64,000 nucleotides of DNA from Eledone cirrhosa (taxonomy: Eukaryota): positions 82,770,001-82,834,000 of the forward strand of contig OZ024741.1 of NCBI GenBank assembly GCA_964016885.1, written 5' to 3'. The translations under genes and the position numbers were made by a program. The notes under the pieces are model-generated. The model saw only the letters and a list, made by a program, of their open reading frames with translations. It had not been told where the DNA came from and searched no databases. Of the stretch, positions 27,428-41,208 are shown one piece after another (within the stretch, counting starts at the first letter, position 1; the number at the start of each line of letters is the position of its first letter).

Positions 27428-27614
27428 GAAGGAAATGTGGTAAGGAACCAGGTGGACCATAACGCCACAAAGTACACAATACTTAGTGTAGTAGAGCGGG
27501 TAATAGGAACGAGTAGGACCCCGACGGCTGAGATCAAGCCGTTTCGACGTATAATTCTGTCCAGTACTAGCTGTCGAAACGGCTTGAGCTCAGCCGTCGG
27601 GGTCCTACTCGTTT
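27423..27614 (-). mobile_element. Short pLTR-tail insertion with ~42-bp fold-back containing a hammerhead 3' half
   Basis: Arms at 27507-27548 and 27573-27614 read GAAA cggct...agccg TC. The tail is homologous to 10745-10818. Confidence 0.7.
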
Positions 27615-27663
27615 CAATATATATACATATATATATATATATAGATATATATATATATCAGAG

Positions 27664-29006
<1,343 letters not shown>

Positions 29007-29449
29007 AACATAAATGACACGCACTCTCCAAAAATTATCAATGCTAACGCTTCTGAATACTTCTATAACCTACCTAATAATATTACTACAAACCATACTA
29101 AAACACCTAACTCCATTAATCTTAAAAAAGCAGTTAATATAACATCTTATATCTTAATTCTCACAATAAACCTAATGATATATTACCTACTTCATTGAAC
29201 CTTCAACCTAACCAAACCACATCTTTACAATCCAATAAACCAGAGAAACATATCCGAACTACTATAAATAACAAGAATAATACCAAAATACCAGGTCCAA
29301 TCAATAAGGCGCCATTAATAAAACTCCAAATATTATCTATAAATCAAACAAAAAACAATAAATCAAAAACTAATACAATTCAAAAATCTACTAACAATTT
29401 GTTCACACCCCTAATAACAATCACAATATTATAGTATCATCTGATAACA

Positions 29450-30480
29450 AAATCTACCCTCAAACTTCTATACATACCCAATATAACAATAGGAAACTAA
29501 TTATAAAACATAAAAGAAACGTAACATGGTATAACGCTCCATTTAACTTGCAAAATATCGGCCAAATCCCTAAAAACTGTTTGCAATTCTCGATAAACAT
29601 TTCCCACCTACACACAAATACCATCAAATCTTAAACAGATATACAGTAAAATTTTCTTACTCCACATCCAGCAATATACAACAAAAAATCAGTGCATATA
29701 ACATCTATAATATAAAAAAGCTCCATGTATACCACCACACACAAACTAACTATAATAATACTACAACGCATAACCAGAATATTATTACCTATCCACCAGT
29801 TACATCCACTCACTGACCTCACCAATACAATACATCAGCCTACAACCAACTACCATCTTCCTCATCCTTAATAGGAAATAAGAGTTACATACCCAATCTG
29901 ACCAATAACTTCCAAAACAACCATGATTCTATAATCCCCTATAATTTCACCAACTAACAACCGTTTGAGCCATGACCACCCAACCGCAAACCCTTCCCTC
30001 TCATATAAAAATGTAAATACAAATACTAGCACTATTATGGGAATATAGCAAGCACATCTAAAACACTATGTACAAACGGTTGTAATTGTAGAGTAAAAAG
30101 TAATTGCTCCTTAAATGGAAATTGCTTAATTAATAATATAGTGTATAAATGTATAATTACCACTTAGGACTCTAATCAATTCTATATTGGATCCACATCT
30201 AATCCGTTTAAATCGAAATTTTCTGCACACACACACAGTTTTCGAAACACAAGATTAGCTAATACCGCTTCTTTAGCGGAAGCGGTTAATAATTGTAAAA
30301 AGAAGAAAATTAATTATAACCTAACTTGGAAGATTCTCAAAAGAGCCATTTCTTCTCAGGGCAATAGAAAGGAGTGTGGACTCTCTTCCCAAGAAATTGT
30401 TTAAATTACTGAATCCAAAGACATTCTATTAAATAAAAGACAGAAATTAAGACCTTCAAGTATATATAAATACAACTAAA
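29450..30480 (+). mobile_element. Decayed Penelope-like fragment (linker + GIY-YIG)
   Basis: KRNVTWYNAPFN, LDKHFPPTHKYHQILNR, CNCRVKSNCSLNGNCLINNIVYKC, YIGSTSNPFK and LLNKR. Confidence 0.85.
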
Positions 30481-30492
30481 CAAATAAAGAAA

Positions 30493-30542
<50 letters not shown>

Positions 30543-31222
30543 ATTTTCTTTTGCTATTAGAATTAATCCATAGATTCAATCCTATATCTCATCCCTATAA
30601 CTGTTTTAAATAATTAACTATTAATGAGCACTATATATTACATTATATTCAACACTCTAACAAAACTTTAACAAACATCCATTTCAACCTATTAAGAAAA
30701 CCAGATTATTAATGAGATTTCTTATTCGAAAATAAAATTCCCTACAGGTAAAACTTAATTCTGACCACTTTAATACAATACAATACTTACACAAATTTTA
30801 TTATTTTCTTACCTATATATTTTTTAATCTAAATTTTACTTTTCTTTGATTCCATTTATATTCCTCTACCTCTTCTATTTTTAGAACAAATTATTCCTCT
30901 TGAACAAATATTTAGGATTGTTCTATACTATTCTACTAGATATAACACACTGATATCTGCATGCCTTTTGCTCCAACTTTAATCTTCCTTGACCGTCCAC
31001 ACTTTTCTATACAATCTGTTTAAATTCCTTTACACTCGCAACTTTCTTTTCTTTTCTTAAAAGTCATTCGATACCTCACCCCCTGACTGCTAATTTATTC
31101 ATCTACTACTATCAGCTTAATGATCTATATTGCCCCTTCCTATTTTTACTATTGGTCAATCTCAACCTTGTTCTTAATAGGTTATTCTTCAATTAACAAA
31201 ACTCATTATTTCTGAAGACTGC

Positions 31223-31322
31223 CGCCGAGGTTAACTTTGCCTTTCATCCTTACAGGGTCGATAAAATAAGGTACCAGTAATACACTGGTTTAATTGCTGG
31301 CCTTGTGCCAAAAGTAGAAACA
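31223..31322 (+). mobile_element. tRNA-SINE 3' half with 18-bp TSD, inserted at a hammerhead core
   Basis: TSD attatttctgaagactgc at 31205-31222 and 31323-31340. Confidence 0.9.
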
Positions 31323-31457
31323 ATTATTTCTGAAGACTGCGGGAAGGGAAGACGTATGTATATTTTCTTACTTTGATAAGTTTTAATATATTTTACATAG
31401 ATCACTAATAGAATGAATATACGGAGAACTACCCCACAGAAACGATCGTAAAATAAT
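31323..31457 (+). ncRNA. Minimal type I hammerhead with long loop 2 (Penelope pLTR)
   Basis: attattt CTGAAGA c-tgcggg...cccaca GAAA cgatcg T A aaataat. Palindromic stem III acgatcgt. Confidence 0.8.
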
Positions 31458-31512
31458 GAGTTTTACTATGAATTACCCGTATTTCGTTTAATTTCATTGT
31501 TTTCACTATTTG

Positions 31513-31568
<56 letters not shown>

Positions 31569-31645
31569 CTGGGCGAAACGTACGTAGGTGCTGTTTTAAA
31601 TAAACATGTTTTAACGGTCTATTCTCCGATTTTTTACTTTCCCAC

Positions 31646-31689
<44 letters not shown>

Positions 31690-31759
31690 TATATGATCAT
31701 ATATATACATAATGATCTTATATATATATATATATATATATAGGATCATTATGAGTGGG

Positions 31760-33060
31760 TATAACAAATGTTCGTTACAAAGTGCGTCAAAGCTTAATAT
31801 TACGATAGATATAAATTAGTTGATTTCCTAGATGTCATCTTTCAACTATTCTCTTGGCTTATAAAGTTTAGTGTTAACCATGTAACCACGTTTCTTATGT
31901 AAATAATATCGTTAATCACAAAAAAGGAATAGTGGGAGTATTAAAGAACGTAATACACTTACAACAATAGGTATGTGAATAATAATAGCAATATAACTAA
32001 TAGTAACAAAACAACTAAAATTATAGCAATTTAAATAAGGATAGATCCCGATGTATGATACAGCATACACTCTATCCATATAAACTTTCGAATTCGACAA
32101 AAGTTCACGAAATAAACCCTACTAAGCTCCTTAATATCCCTAAATCTAGTAATAATAATTTTCATAGCAAGAATAATGAAATGAAATCTCGCTTTTCTTC
32201 ACATAACGGCCAGCCATTAGATGACACTTCAAATTTAGGTAATAAGACTAACCGCAGTAAAGCTCACCACATGGTTTAATGCACTTTATAATAAACATAT
32301 AGCTTCACATATACCTCAATTGGATTTTAGTTTAATTGAGGAACATTTTCCCTGATTACATGAATAACACAAATTGAAATAAATTACTATAAAAATGTTC
32401 TTCTAAAAAATACCTAATTTACCAGATTATATAGCCTCTATTAACTGTGCAAAACTGAATAAGTATAATTTAATATCAGACAATATAGCTAGTTCCTTCA
32501 AAACAACCGCAAGTAGGACTTGGAGTAAGACATACATTTGTAGAAGTCCAAGTCATTTAAATAACCATATATTGAATACTCATAATACTCCAATAGGTAA
32601 ACATAACTGCATATGCAGACAACCATAAAGTTGTCCCCTTCTAGCATTTGCCTCATATCTAACATACTATATCAGTGCATGGTTTCTATACCTAATGGTA
32701 TCACAGCTTACATCGGTGCAACACCTAATAGTTTTAAATCACGTTACTAATCCCACATTATCTGTTTTAGGAATGTAAAACAGGAATTCTACCTTGTTCG
32801 CATGTTATGTATGGGATTTAAAAACATTGAACATCTTTTACTCCATCATTTGGTCTCGTTTGAAAAACCGCAACATCGTATAAGCTAGATAATCTAAAAT
32901 GCAATTTGTGTTCATCTAAGTGACTCTTAATAACTAAGTTTGATCTAAATTTATCGAATAGGAAATCGGAAGTAGTTCCAGCGTGCTCAACAAAAATTCC
33001 TATTCTTTTTACTATGATAAATGTGACCTTACTTAACAAAAAGTTTATATGAATTAAAAT
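31760..33060 (+). mobile_element. Highly decayed Penelope-like fragment
   Basis: TTWFNALYN, EEHFP, CICRQP*SCPL, YIGATPNSFKSRY and KCNLCS. Confidence 0.75.
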
Positions 33061-34007
33061 TTATTTTATGAACTATATATTTCCAACCCCCTACTCATAT
33101 TCTTAATACGCAATATACTGCTATTACAATTGAGAACTATGGTATTAGTAGTAGGATTTAGTTCCCTTAATATTTCCTTAATTATATATAGATTTACACG
33201 AATTTTCTACACTTAAATAAATAGATACATTTTAGTAAAACATACATGACCCAGTATACACTGCGACTGAAGGTCTACAAACATCCATTGGCCATGATTG
33301 TAATTGTATATCGGATATTGAATATTCGGACGTGCTAATGTATCACATACAATAACGTTAAGCCGCCATAACTGGTCTAATCTAATCCAACCGTTAAGCA
33401 GTATTTGAAAGAATACGTTATACATTCAAATGTATAACAAACAAATGTATAATTTAAAAATGTTATACATTCAAATGTATATGCTTTACGGCACATTAGC
33501 ATTTTCTACTTTTGCATACTTGAACTGAAATTACAGCATGAGGACTTATATATATCATACATTAAACTTTTTCTTGCTTAAAGCACGCTGATTAATGCTA
33601 AACATTTCGCACCTTTCATATGAATCTATCACATATATTTGACCATTTAAAAAAAATATGTTCACTTCTTGTCTTTCATATGCTGTTTGTCATATGCTTT
33701 AACTCGTTTTGGGAATATGCATTTCCCAAATCTATTGTCTGTTTTTTGAAGAGATTTGTGATATGTAATTACAATGTCGGTTGATTTAATTAATTAATTA
33801 ATCTGCAAAGTACTATTGTTGTTTGCAATTACATTTCGTGTCACCGAGTTTCGCTGAACCGCTATTCGACACGACTCTCGATTTATTTTATCAAAGTCTG
33901 TCATTTAACTTATTTCACTAGCGACAGAATTAAATCATTTAATATTTATTACAGTAGATGTATATTTTCGGAATTTCTTGCTGAATATATTGTCACCTGT
34001 GAGCAAA

Positions 34008-34197
34008 TAATTGTTTCAACTTTTGGCACTAGGCTAGCAATTACTCAAGCGCAATAGTGGTGCTTTATTTTATCGACCCCGTAAGGATGAAAGGCAAAGT
34101 TACCATCGGCGGGATTTGAACTCAGAAAGTAATGGGCCATAACTCTATGCTGCAAGATATGGTTCCTGGCGCTCTCCCGATACTGTCATCCACCGCC
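34008..34197 (-). mobile_element. tRNA-derived SINE
   Basis: Same family as 27697-27882, in reverse orientation. Confidence 0.85.
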
Positions 34198-34662
34198 TAA
34201 TAATATTGGAAAATATGCTTCTGTGAATTTCGCCGGAGAATGAGTGCCTGCGGCATATATAGATTGCATACACATTTACTTAACTGGTACGAACTGAGTG
34301 TGTCTAATAACTGTATTTTTCCCGTCATACAGATGGAAAATCCATATGCCTAAAAATATATAACAAAGAATCAAATCTGGAAATGTTTATTTAAGGGATG
34401 TTCTCAGTGAAAATCGGCGTGAAATTATATTTGTAATAAAAAAAATTGACGTGCGATGTATGTTGAGTGCTACACCACAATTTTATATAATAGAAAATTG
34501 AAAAATTTTAAATATTTTTCTCTGAGAAGGAGATATATTTTTACAACAGTTTTCGCGGATTTGGATCACGTGATATGATTTAACAGAATAATTGTGTTTA
34601 ACAGCATGTAGATCAATAGCATGCTGGTACACTTATCATGCGAGCTTATATTTCTAAATCTA

Positions 34663-34698
34663 TCTTCTGATGAAGGTCTAGTGCCTGAAATGTTAAGA
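34663..34698 (+). ncRNA. Very small minimal hammerhead motif (36 nt)
   Basis: tctt CTGATGA agg tctagtg cct GAAA tg T T aaga. Confidence 0.65.
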
Positions 34699-34879
34699 CT
34701 CTCTTCCTGTATATATATATAAGAAAATAATTTTTGTTAAAAAAACAAAAGACAAGATGTCCTACACGGGTGAACGTATAAGGAAAAGAAAACGAAAATG
34801 CAACTAAGGATTTTTAAGAATATTTATTTATTTCCTTTACCGGTTTCACAGTTATTAAGCCTTTCAAAAGTAGAATTGA

Positions 34880-35350
34880 GATGGAGGATTTGTGGTTTTA
34901 CTGGCATCTGTTTATTGTTCGAAAATTCCCAGTGCATTACTAGTGCTTTATCGTCCCTGGAAGGATGAACTGCAAAGATTACCATGGCGGGATTTGAATT
35001 CAGACCGTAAAGGGTCATAACTCTATGCTGCAAAGCATGGCGTCCGACCCTCTACCGATACAGCCAATCCACCAGATAATAATAATTATTACAAGTAGGA
35101 AGTGTCCATCTCTTGTTCACATCTCTTGGCAAGACGATGAAGTATATAAGGTCTGACAACACCCATTTTACTTTGTGTCTCCCTAATAGTTCCACGAAAC
35201 CAGCGCCCCTGGCCTGGTACATTATTTATCAACCCCGAAAAGATAAAAACCAAAACTGACCTCGGTAGCATTTCTTCTCAGATGCCAGTGAGCGGGAGTA
35301 ATACAGAAGAACATAATTTAACACCCTAACGACTCTACCAACTAGCTGCC
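34880..35350 (-). mobile_element. Two diverged tRNA-SINE copies (34880-35075 and 35195-35350)
   Basis: aaggatgaa..gcaaag...ggcgggatttgaa and ctggtacattatttatcaaccccgaaaagataaaa. Confidence 0.7.
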
Positions 35351-36249
35351 TAAAGAAATAACATTTTTCATAAAATGGTAGCAATGCTTCGGAGATATAA
35401 GAGTAATATGAAATGAAAATTATAGTTCGCTAAACCTTACAATACCTGTGGCACTATTCATAACGTATTTGTTAAATTCCTTCTGGGCAGAAAAAACAAA
35501 TCTAAATTAATACATAATGTGTCAAATTAAACAGCTACATCTAGTCAATTTTATTCATAACATATTTATATAACTACTCATTCTGTATTCTGAAACATAT
35601 AATAAATTATTTGATAATAAATAAATCAATAAATATAATATAATATGATATAATAAATGAATTACCTTAGAAGACGCACATGAATACTTTCACACAAACA
35701 ACGATGAAACACAAATGACGACCGCAAAGGCATATTCTTACCCAACCCTTACCCAACAAATATGGTTGAATATCAATCAATGGAAGGAAATGTGATTACA
35801 TGATGTTATATGATACGCCAATATGTATATACGTATATACACAGATATATATATACATATATATATGTATATATATATAACTTGACCATGGGTTGCATCC
35901 ATTACTGTAAAGTATATCGCATGAGTCCTCATTCCCGGATTTTGGAATGTGTTCACGTATTTGGTATGGCATCGAATTTTGAGCGATTCTTAAGGAAAAC
36001 TATGAAAGAGTGGAAGACTAAACTGACAGCATATGGAAGAAATAATAATAATAATTACAGCAAAAATAAGAAGCAAATAGAGTTTAGAAAACCAAAACCA
36101 AAATCAAATACAATAACATGCATTTCTATATGAAATTAATCTAAATTTCTCTTCCCAACACTGAGCCACATAGTTTCGTATTTTTCAATAAAAATGAAAA
36201 CTGTTTTTAATGCCGCAGAACACAATCACGCCCACACAATCGCGCACCC

Positions 36250-36302
<53 letters not shown>

Positions 36303-36518
36303 TATAATTTATATTCATATAAATATGTACTAGTTTCAACCTAACAAGCTTGAAACTAGTACATCGTTCCTGTGTCAGTGTTGACCAAAAAGGTGACGTG
36401 GTTGCCTGAACACTGTACGGCGTAAATCAGGCTGTCCGTTTGCTTACAAACGAACAAAGCGAACATTATAATAAATGTTCGGTAAACTGATACGTACATA
36501 TATATATATGTGTGCCTG

Positions 36519-36557
<39 letters not shown>

Positions 36558-36790
36558 GCTACTGTACGTCTGTATACATATATGTATGTACGTATACATA
36601 CATACTTACATTTAAGTAAGTCCCGTACTAAGAGTGAGAAATGAAATTTCGCTTCATTCTATTCCATTTATCGTTTTCAGTGCGCCTGGCCGACTGAACT
36701 CACTCGATATGCAAATTAGGGTGCTCAGCCGTTAATTTTCATAAGGAAAGTATATACTTTCGAACGTTCAACCATCTGGCAGAAAGGTAT

Positions 36791-36833
36791 ACGGTGCTGA
36801 CGATAGCTAACAAGCTTGAAACTAGTACATCGT
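36791..36833 (+). ncRNA. Minimal type I hammerhead ribozyme
   Basis: acggtg CTGACGA t-agct aaca agct-t GAAA ctag T A catcgt. Predicted cleavage after 36827. Confidence 0.85.
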
Positions 36834-36979
36834 TCCTGTGTCATTGTTGAACAAAAAGGCGACGTGGTTGCCTGAACACTGTACGGCGTAAATCAGGCTG
36901 TCCGTTTGTTTACAAAAGAACAAAGCGAACATTATAATAAATGTTCGGTAAACTGATACGTACATATATATATGCGTGC

Positions 36980-37018
<39 letters not shown>

Positions 37019-37254
37019 CATGCTACTGTACGTCTGTATACATATATGTATGTACGTATACATACATAGTTACATTTAAGTAAGTGCCGTACTAAGAGTG
37101 AGAAATGAAATTTCGTTTCATTCCATTCCATTTATCGTTTTCGGTGCGTCTGGTCGACTGAACTCACTCGATATGCAAATTAGGCTGTTCAGCCGTTAAT
37201 TTTCATAAGGAAAGTATATACTTTCGAACGTTCAACCATCTGGCAGAAAGGTAT

Positions 37255-37297
37255 ACGGTGCTGACGATAGCTAACAAGCTTGAAACTAGTACATCGT
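37255..37297 (+). ncRNA. Minimal type I hammerhead ribozyme
   Basis: Identical to 36791-36833. Predicted cleavage after 37291. Confidence 0.85.
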
Positions 37298-37446
37298 TCC
37301 TGTGTCAGTGTTGAACAAAACGGTGACGTGGTTGCCTGAACACTGTACGGCGTAAATCAGGTTGTACGTTTGTTTACAAACGAACAAAGCGAACATTATA
37401 ATAAATGTTCGGTAAACTGATACGTACATATATATATGTGTGCCTG

Positions 37447-37494
<48 letters not shown>

Positions 37495-37879
37495 CATGCT
37501 ACTGTACGTCTGTATACATATATGTATGTGCGTATACATACATACTTACATTTAAGTAAGTGTCGTACTAAGAGTGAGAAAGGAAATTTCGTTTCATTCT
37601 ATTCCATGTATATATATATATATATATATATATAAGAAGCAAATTTATATATATATATATATATGGGGGGTGCGCGCCCGCTTGTGTGTGTGTGCGTGAA
37701 TGTGTTCTGCAGCACTAAAAACAGTTTTCATTTTTATTGAAAAATACGAAACTAGGTGGCTCAGTGTTGGGAAGAGAAATTTAGATTAATTTCATATAGA
37801 AATGCATGTTTTTGTATTTGGATTCGGTTTTTGTTTTCTAAACTCTAATTGCTTCTTATTTTTGCTGTAATTATTATTA

Positions 37880-38440
37880 TTATTTCTTCCATATGCTGTC
37901 AGTTTAGTCTTCCACTCTTTTATAGTTTTCCTTAAGAATCGCTCAAAATTCGATGCCATACCAAATACGTTAACACATTCCATAAACCGGGAGTGAGGAC
38001 TCATGCGATATGCTTTACAGTAATGGATGCAGCCCATGGTCAAGTTGGCTTTCCTCGTCTTGCTATCCTTAAGAATTTAATCTATCAAAAGCTGGTCCTT
38101 GGTACATCTGCACTTATGGTATCACACTAATATTAGAACTCGATTTTCTTCAAATTCTGCGAATATCCCAGTCAAAAATTTCCATTAGTGGTAGGCATGT
38201 TATCGGTCTCTAGTTGTCTCAAGTTTTCTCTAGTTGTCTCTAGTTGCTTTCCCTTTAGTGATATCTCTTAAGCACAAAACTCCTCTGCCCTTTGTCAGCC
38301 ACTCTGGTATATCTTCATCAGCATTTAGCAATGTATTGAATTGTTCAGTTATTCGTACATGCCACTGGGGTGGATTTATTCGACTTGCCCCTCACCAGAA
38401 ATTTATGGGTTTGTGCGTAACGTAGAAGCAAAAAGTATTG
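37880..38440 (-). mobile_element. Decayed R4/Dong RT fragment
   Basis: DIPEWLTKGR, RPITCLP, TKDQLLID and LTMGCIHYCKAYRMSPHS align to the RT region of the 1130-aa ORF. Confidence 0.8.
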
Positions 38441-38999
38441 TTGCTGTTGCCGTTGCTGCTGTTGTTCTTGTTTCTGTTGTTATTAAACAGAAACACGTTA
38501 ACATCCTTAGCCGAAAAAGATTCCGCAGAAGCCTTGACCTCCACATCTGATAGTAAAGATAGGAGGGATCCCCCCAAAGAAACATATAGGAAAACACCAA
38601 AAATCCTTTTGCTTCATATAACACAAATATACACACACAATAACACTGAGCACACATCCCTAGCAATTACAGGCACATTTAAAAGAAGTCCAACACCATA
38701 AACAGCATAATTGGAAACACAATAACCGCAATCACTACCACAACCACAACTACCCACGAAAACAAAACTCAGAAAACAACATCAGCCAACCCTACAAATA
38801 CAAATACCTGGTGCTAGTGAGAAGGGTCAATGGAAATGTGATGGCCTTATAGCACGAAATGAAGATATTGAGAGAGTAGGGAATATTTTGGGCACAAGCA
38901 AATTTAAAGTGCCACAAACTCTAATGATGGTGCCGGTTTTCATCAAGACATAAACACATCATGGACAACTTCCGCTACGACGCTGGAACGGCTAATATA

Positions 39000-41060
39000 A
39001 AAGCAACCAGTAGGAGTTTAAAGTGAACACCATAGGAGCCTCAAAGAGATGAGGTGATCGAAGTCTAGTTCTCCAATAGCACACGGGCGTTTCTCATTAA
39101 CAGTTTCCAAGTAGGTTGCATGAATGTACGTGAACTGGGGTAATCTGGAAGCAAATTCGATCGCTCAAAGGTCTCAGGTGACTGGCTATGAAATTGGCTG
39201 CAATCAGGTAGACCTTCATTTCTTTCACGCGCGGTCTAGCCACGACTTTTGACGACTTTGATACGTACGCATCCCTTAGTCGATCTGGAATGCGAGGCAG
39301 AGTAGCAGTACTGTCTAGCAAAGGCCTGGTTCTCACGAACGGAAGATATTCTTGTACTCCGTAGCGTGGTGGTAACTGGATGTATAAGCAATAGCAAAGG
39401 TAATGCTTTTCAACTTGTAGCCGATTACTCCCAGACTGGGACTGGACGGCCGGATTACTTCAGGTACTGAAAACCATTCTTGTAACTTTTCGTACTTAAA
39501 TGATATCGGGGGACTGAAAATTGATACAGACACATTTTGGGGCTGTGAGAGTGTAGCAGATACACGAGAAGGAATTAAACACATAGGGTCATTTAGATTG
39601 TATTTAGATAGGTTTTACATTAAGGTAGCAGATAATGAGATTGTAGGGAGTCCACAGTTACAAAAGATCACCTATTCTGCTAAAAAAAATCCGCGATTTG
39701 CATGGTCAACCCTGGTTACTGGAAGGTTAAGCGTAAATCTACACAAACAGAATTAACACAAGAATATTCACTGCAAAACATGAAGGTTGCATTTTCAGAG
39801 CTAACATGCGTGCTCTGAGACAAGAACCAACGAAAGCATTTAGATGGCCCCGAGTGGCAGAGGCACAACGTGGCAATACACCACGTACTAAAATGGTCGC
39901 GTGCTACTCGTTTTCCAGCAGATGTGTGCGGTTTTCCAGTGGCATTTTGCATAACTGTTCAGGGTAAAGTGGTTGGCCTTAATGGTGGCAGATCATTGTG
40001 CCAACCTTAATGGCCTGTTCTGACTCTCGACAGAATATACTGAGTGCTGCAAAAAGCCAATAAAAGAAACTGAATTACATTACTAAACGATTGCACAAGT
40101 GGCATATCGTATGGTTTGGGTGGTTATTTCACGGGCTTTACGTAGAGATGCCAGACCTTTACTGCGATGTGGACTCGAAGCTGACGGCAACAGGCATCAG
40201 AAACGTTGAAGTCCCAGCACTGTAATTAGGGGTTTAGTGACGTTGATGTAGAAATACAAGAACAAGATTAATGTCATTGATAATTTCAGACCCATAATTC
40301 TTCTAAACAAAGTTTAAGGTATAGCCAAGGCAACCAATTGCGCTTGTACATTTCCCGCTTGTGAAGCCTAAAGCTGCTCTATCCCGACTAGGTTTATGCA
40401 CAAAAACCTCATTTAACATCATAGCGAGGGTAAGGAATAAACCTGGCTTCGATGTGTCTCGGATCTATTTAGATTGATCGAGAGCTTTCGATTAGGTCGA
40501 CCATGGAAACATGAAAGTTGTTCTCAGAGTAGCCGGTTTTGGTCAGGGATTTAGAGGCTCGATTGCGGAAATCCACTGCAGCATCTGCTTGGTGGTTAGA
40601 GTAAAAATCCACATATTGCGCTTGGTCTATCACAGATGCCATCTCTTATTTCTTCTGTATATGCTGACTCTTGAGCCTACTGAGGGAGATGGAGATGTTT
40701 CCTGGCATTCCTCTCGAAGCAGCAAGTGCACGGACTGTATGGGCATATACGGACGACATCAAGGTGATTTTGTTGAACACTTCAGTAATCGAAGGGGTCG
40801 TCAGCTAGAGGAATATGAAGCGAAGACGGGTGCAAAAATAAAGTAGGTCGGTTTGCTGTTAGGTGCGGCATGTCAATGTCGTTCAACAGCATTGTGGCAC
40901 GCTGGCCGAATGGATCGATAAAGGTGTTCGGGACCTGGTCTGTCCGGACCTCCAGCTCGATTGGAACTGTGAGGAAGTAACGAGCAGTCTGGTCACTCTT
41001 ACTAAGAAATGAGCTAAAAGAAGCTATCGCTGAAAAGTCGTCTGTGGGTGTCGAATGTAA
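39000..41060 (+). mobile_element. Highly decayed Tx1/L1-like ORF2
   Basis: Remnants DRFYI, DNFRPIILLN, AFD*VDH and EEYEAKTGAKIK are collinear with 60221-63400. Confidence 0.65.
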
Positions 41061-41166
41061 ACATCATTTCCTCATCTACAAATACCCGACACTTGCCTCT
41101 TTCATTTTTATTGTCCCTAGTTTTGGGACTTCAGTGATCAATAGAGAAAGAACTACTACTACTACA

Positions 41167-41208
<42 letters not shown>

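Larger units (their letters stand above)
36325..37607 (+). repeat. Tandem array 2 of the hammerhead-bearing (retrozyme-like) repeat, about 2.7 units of 464-466 nt
   Basis: gaaactagtacatcgttcctgtgtca at 36352, 36818 and 37282. Each unit has an internal variable (TA)n tract. Confidence 0.92.
35879..38046. repeat. ~370-bp inverted repeat (35879-36252 and 37663-38046) flanking hammerhead array 2
   Basis: The arms are reverse complements. ORFs 35810+ and 37792- both encode MGCIHYCK.YRMSPHSR... Confidence 0.9.

Noticed and set aside
36325-37607. CRISPR-like array interpretation of the tandem repeats
   Set aside because: The units are fully repeated with no unique spacers, the context is eukaryotic, and there are no cas genes.
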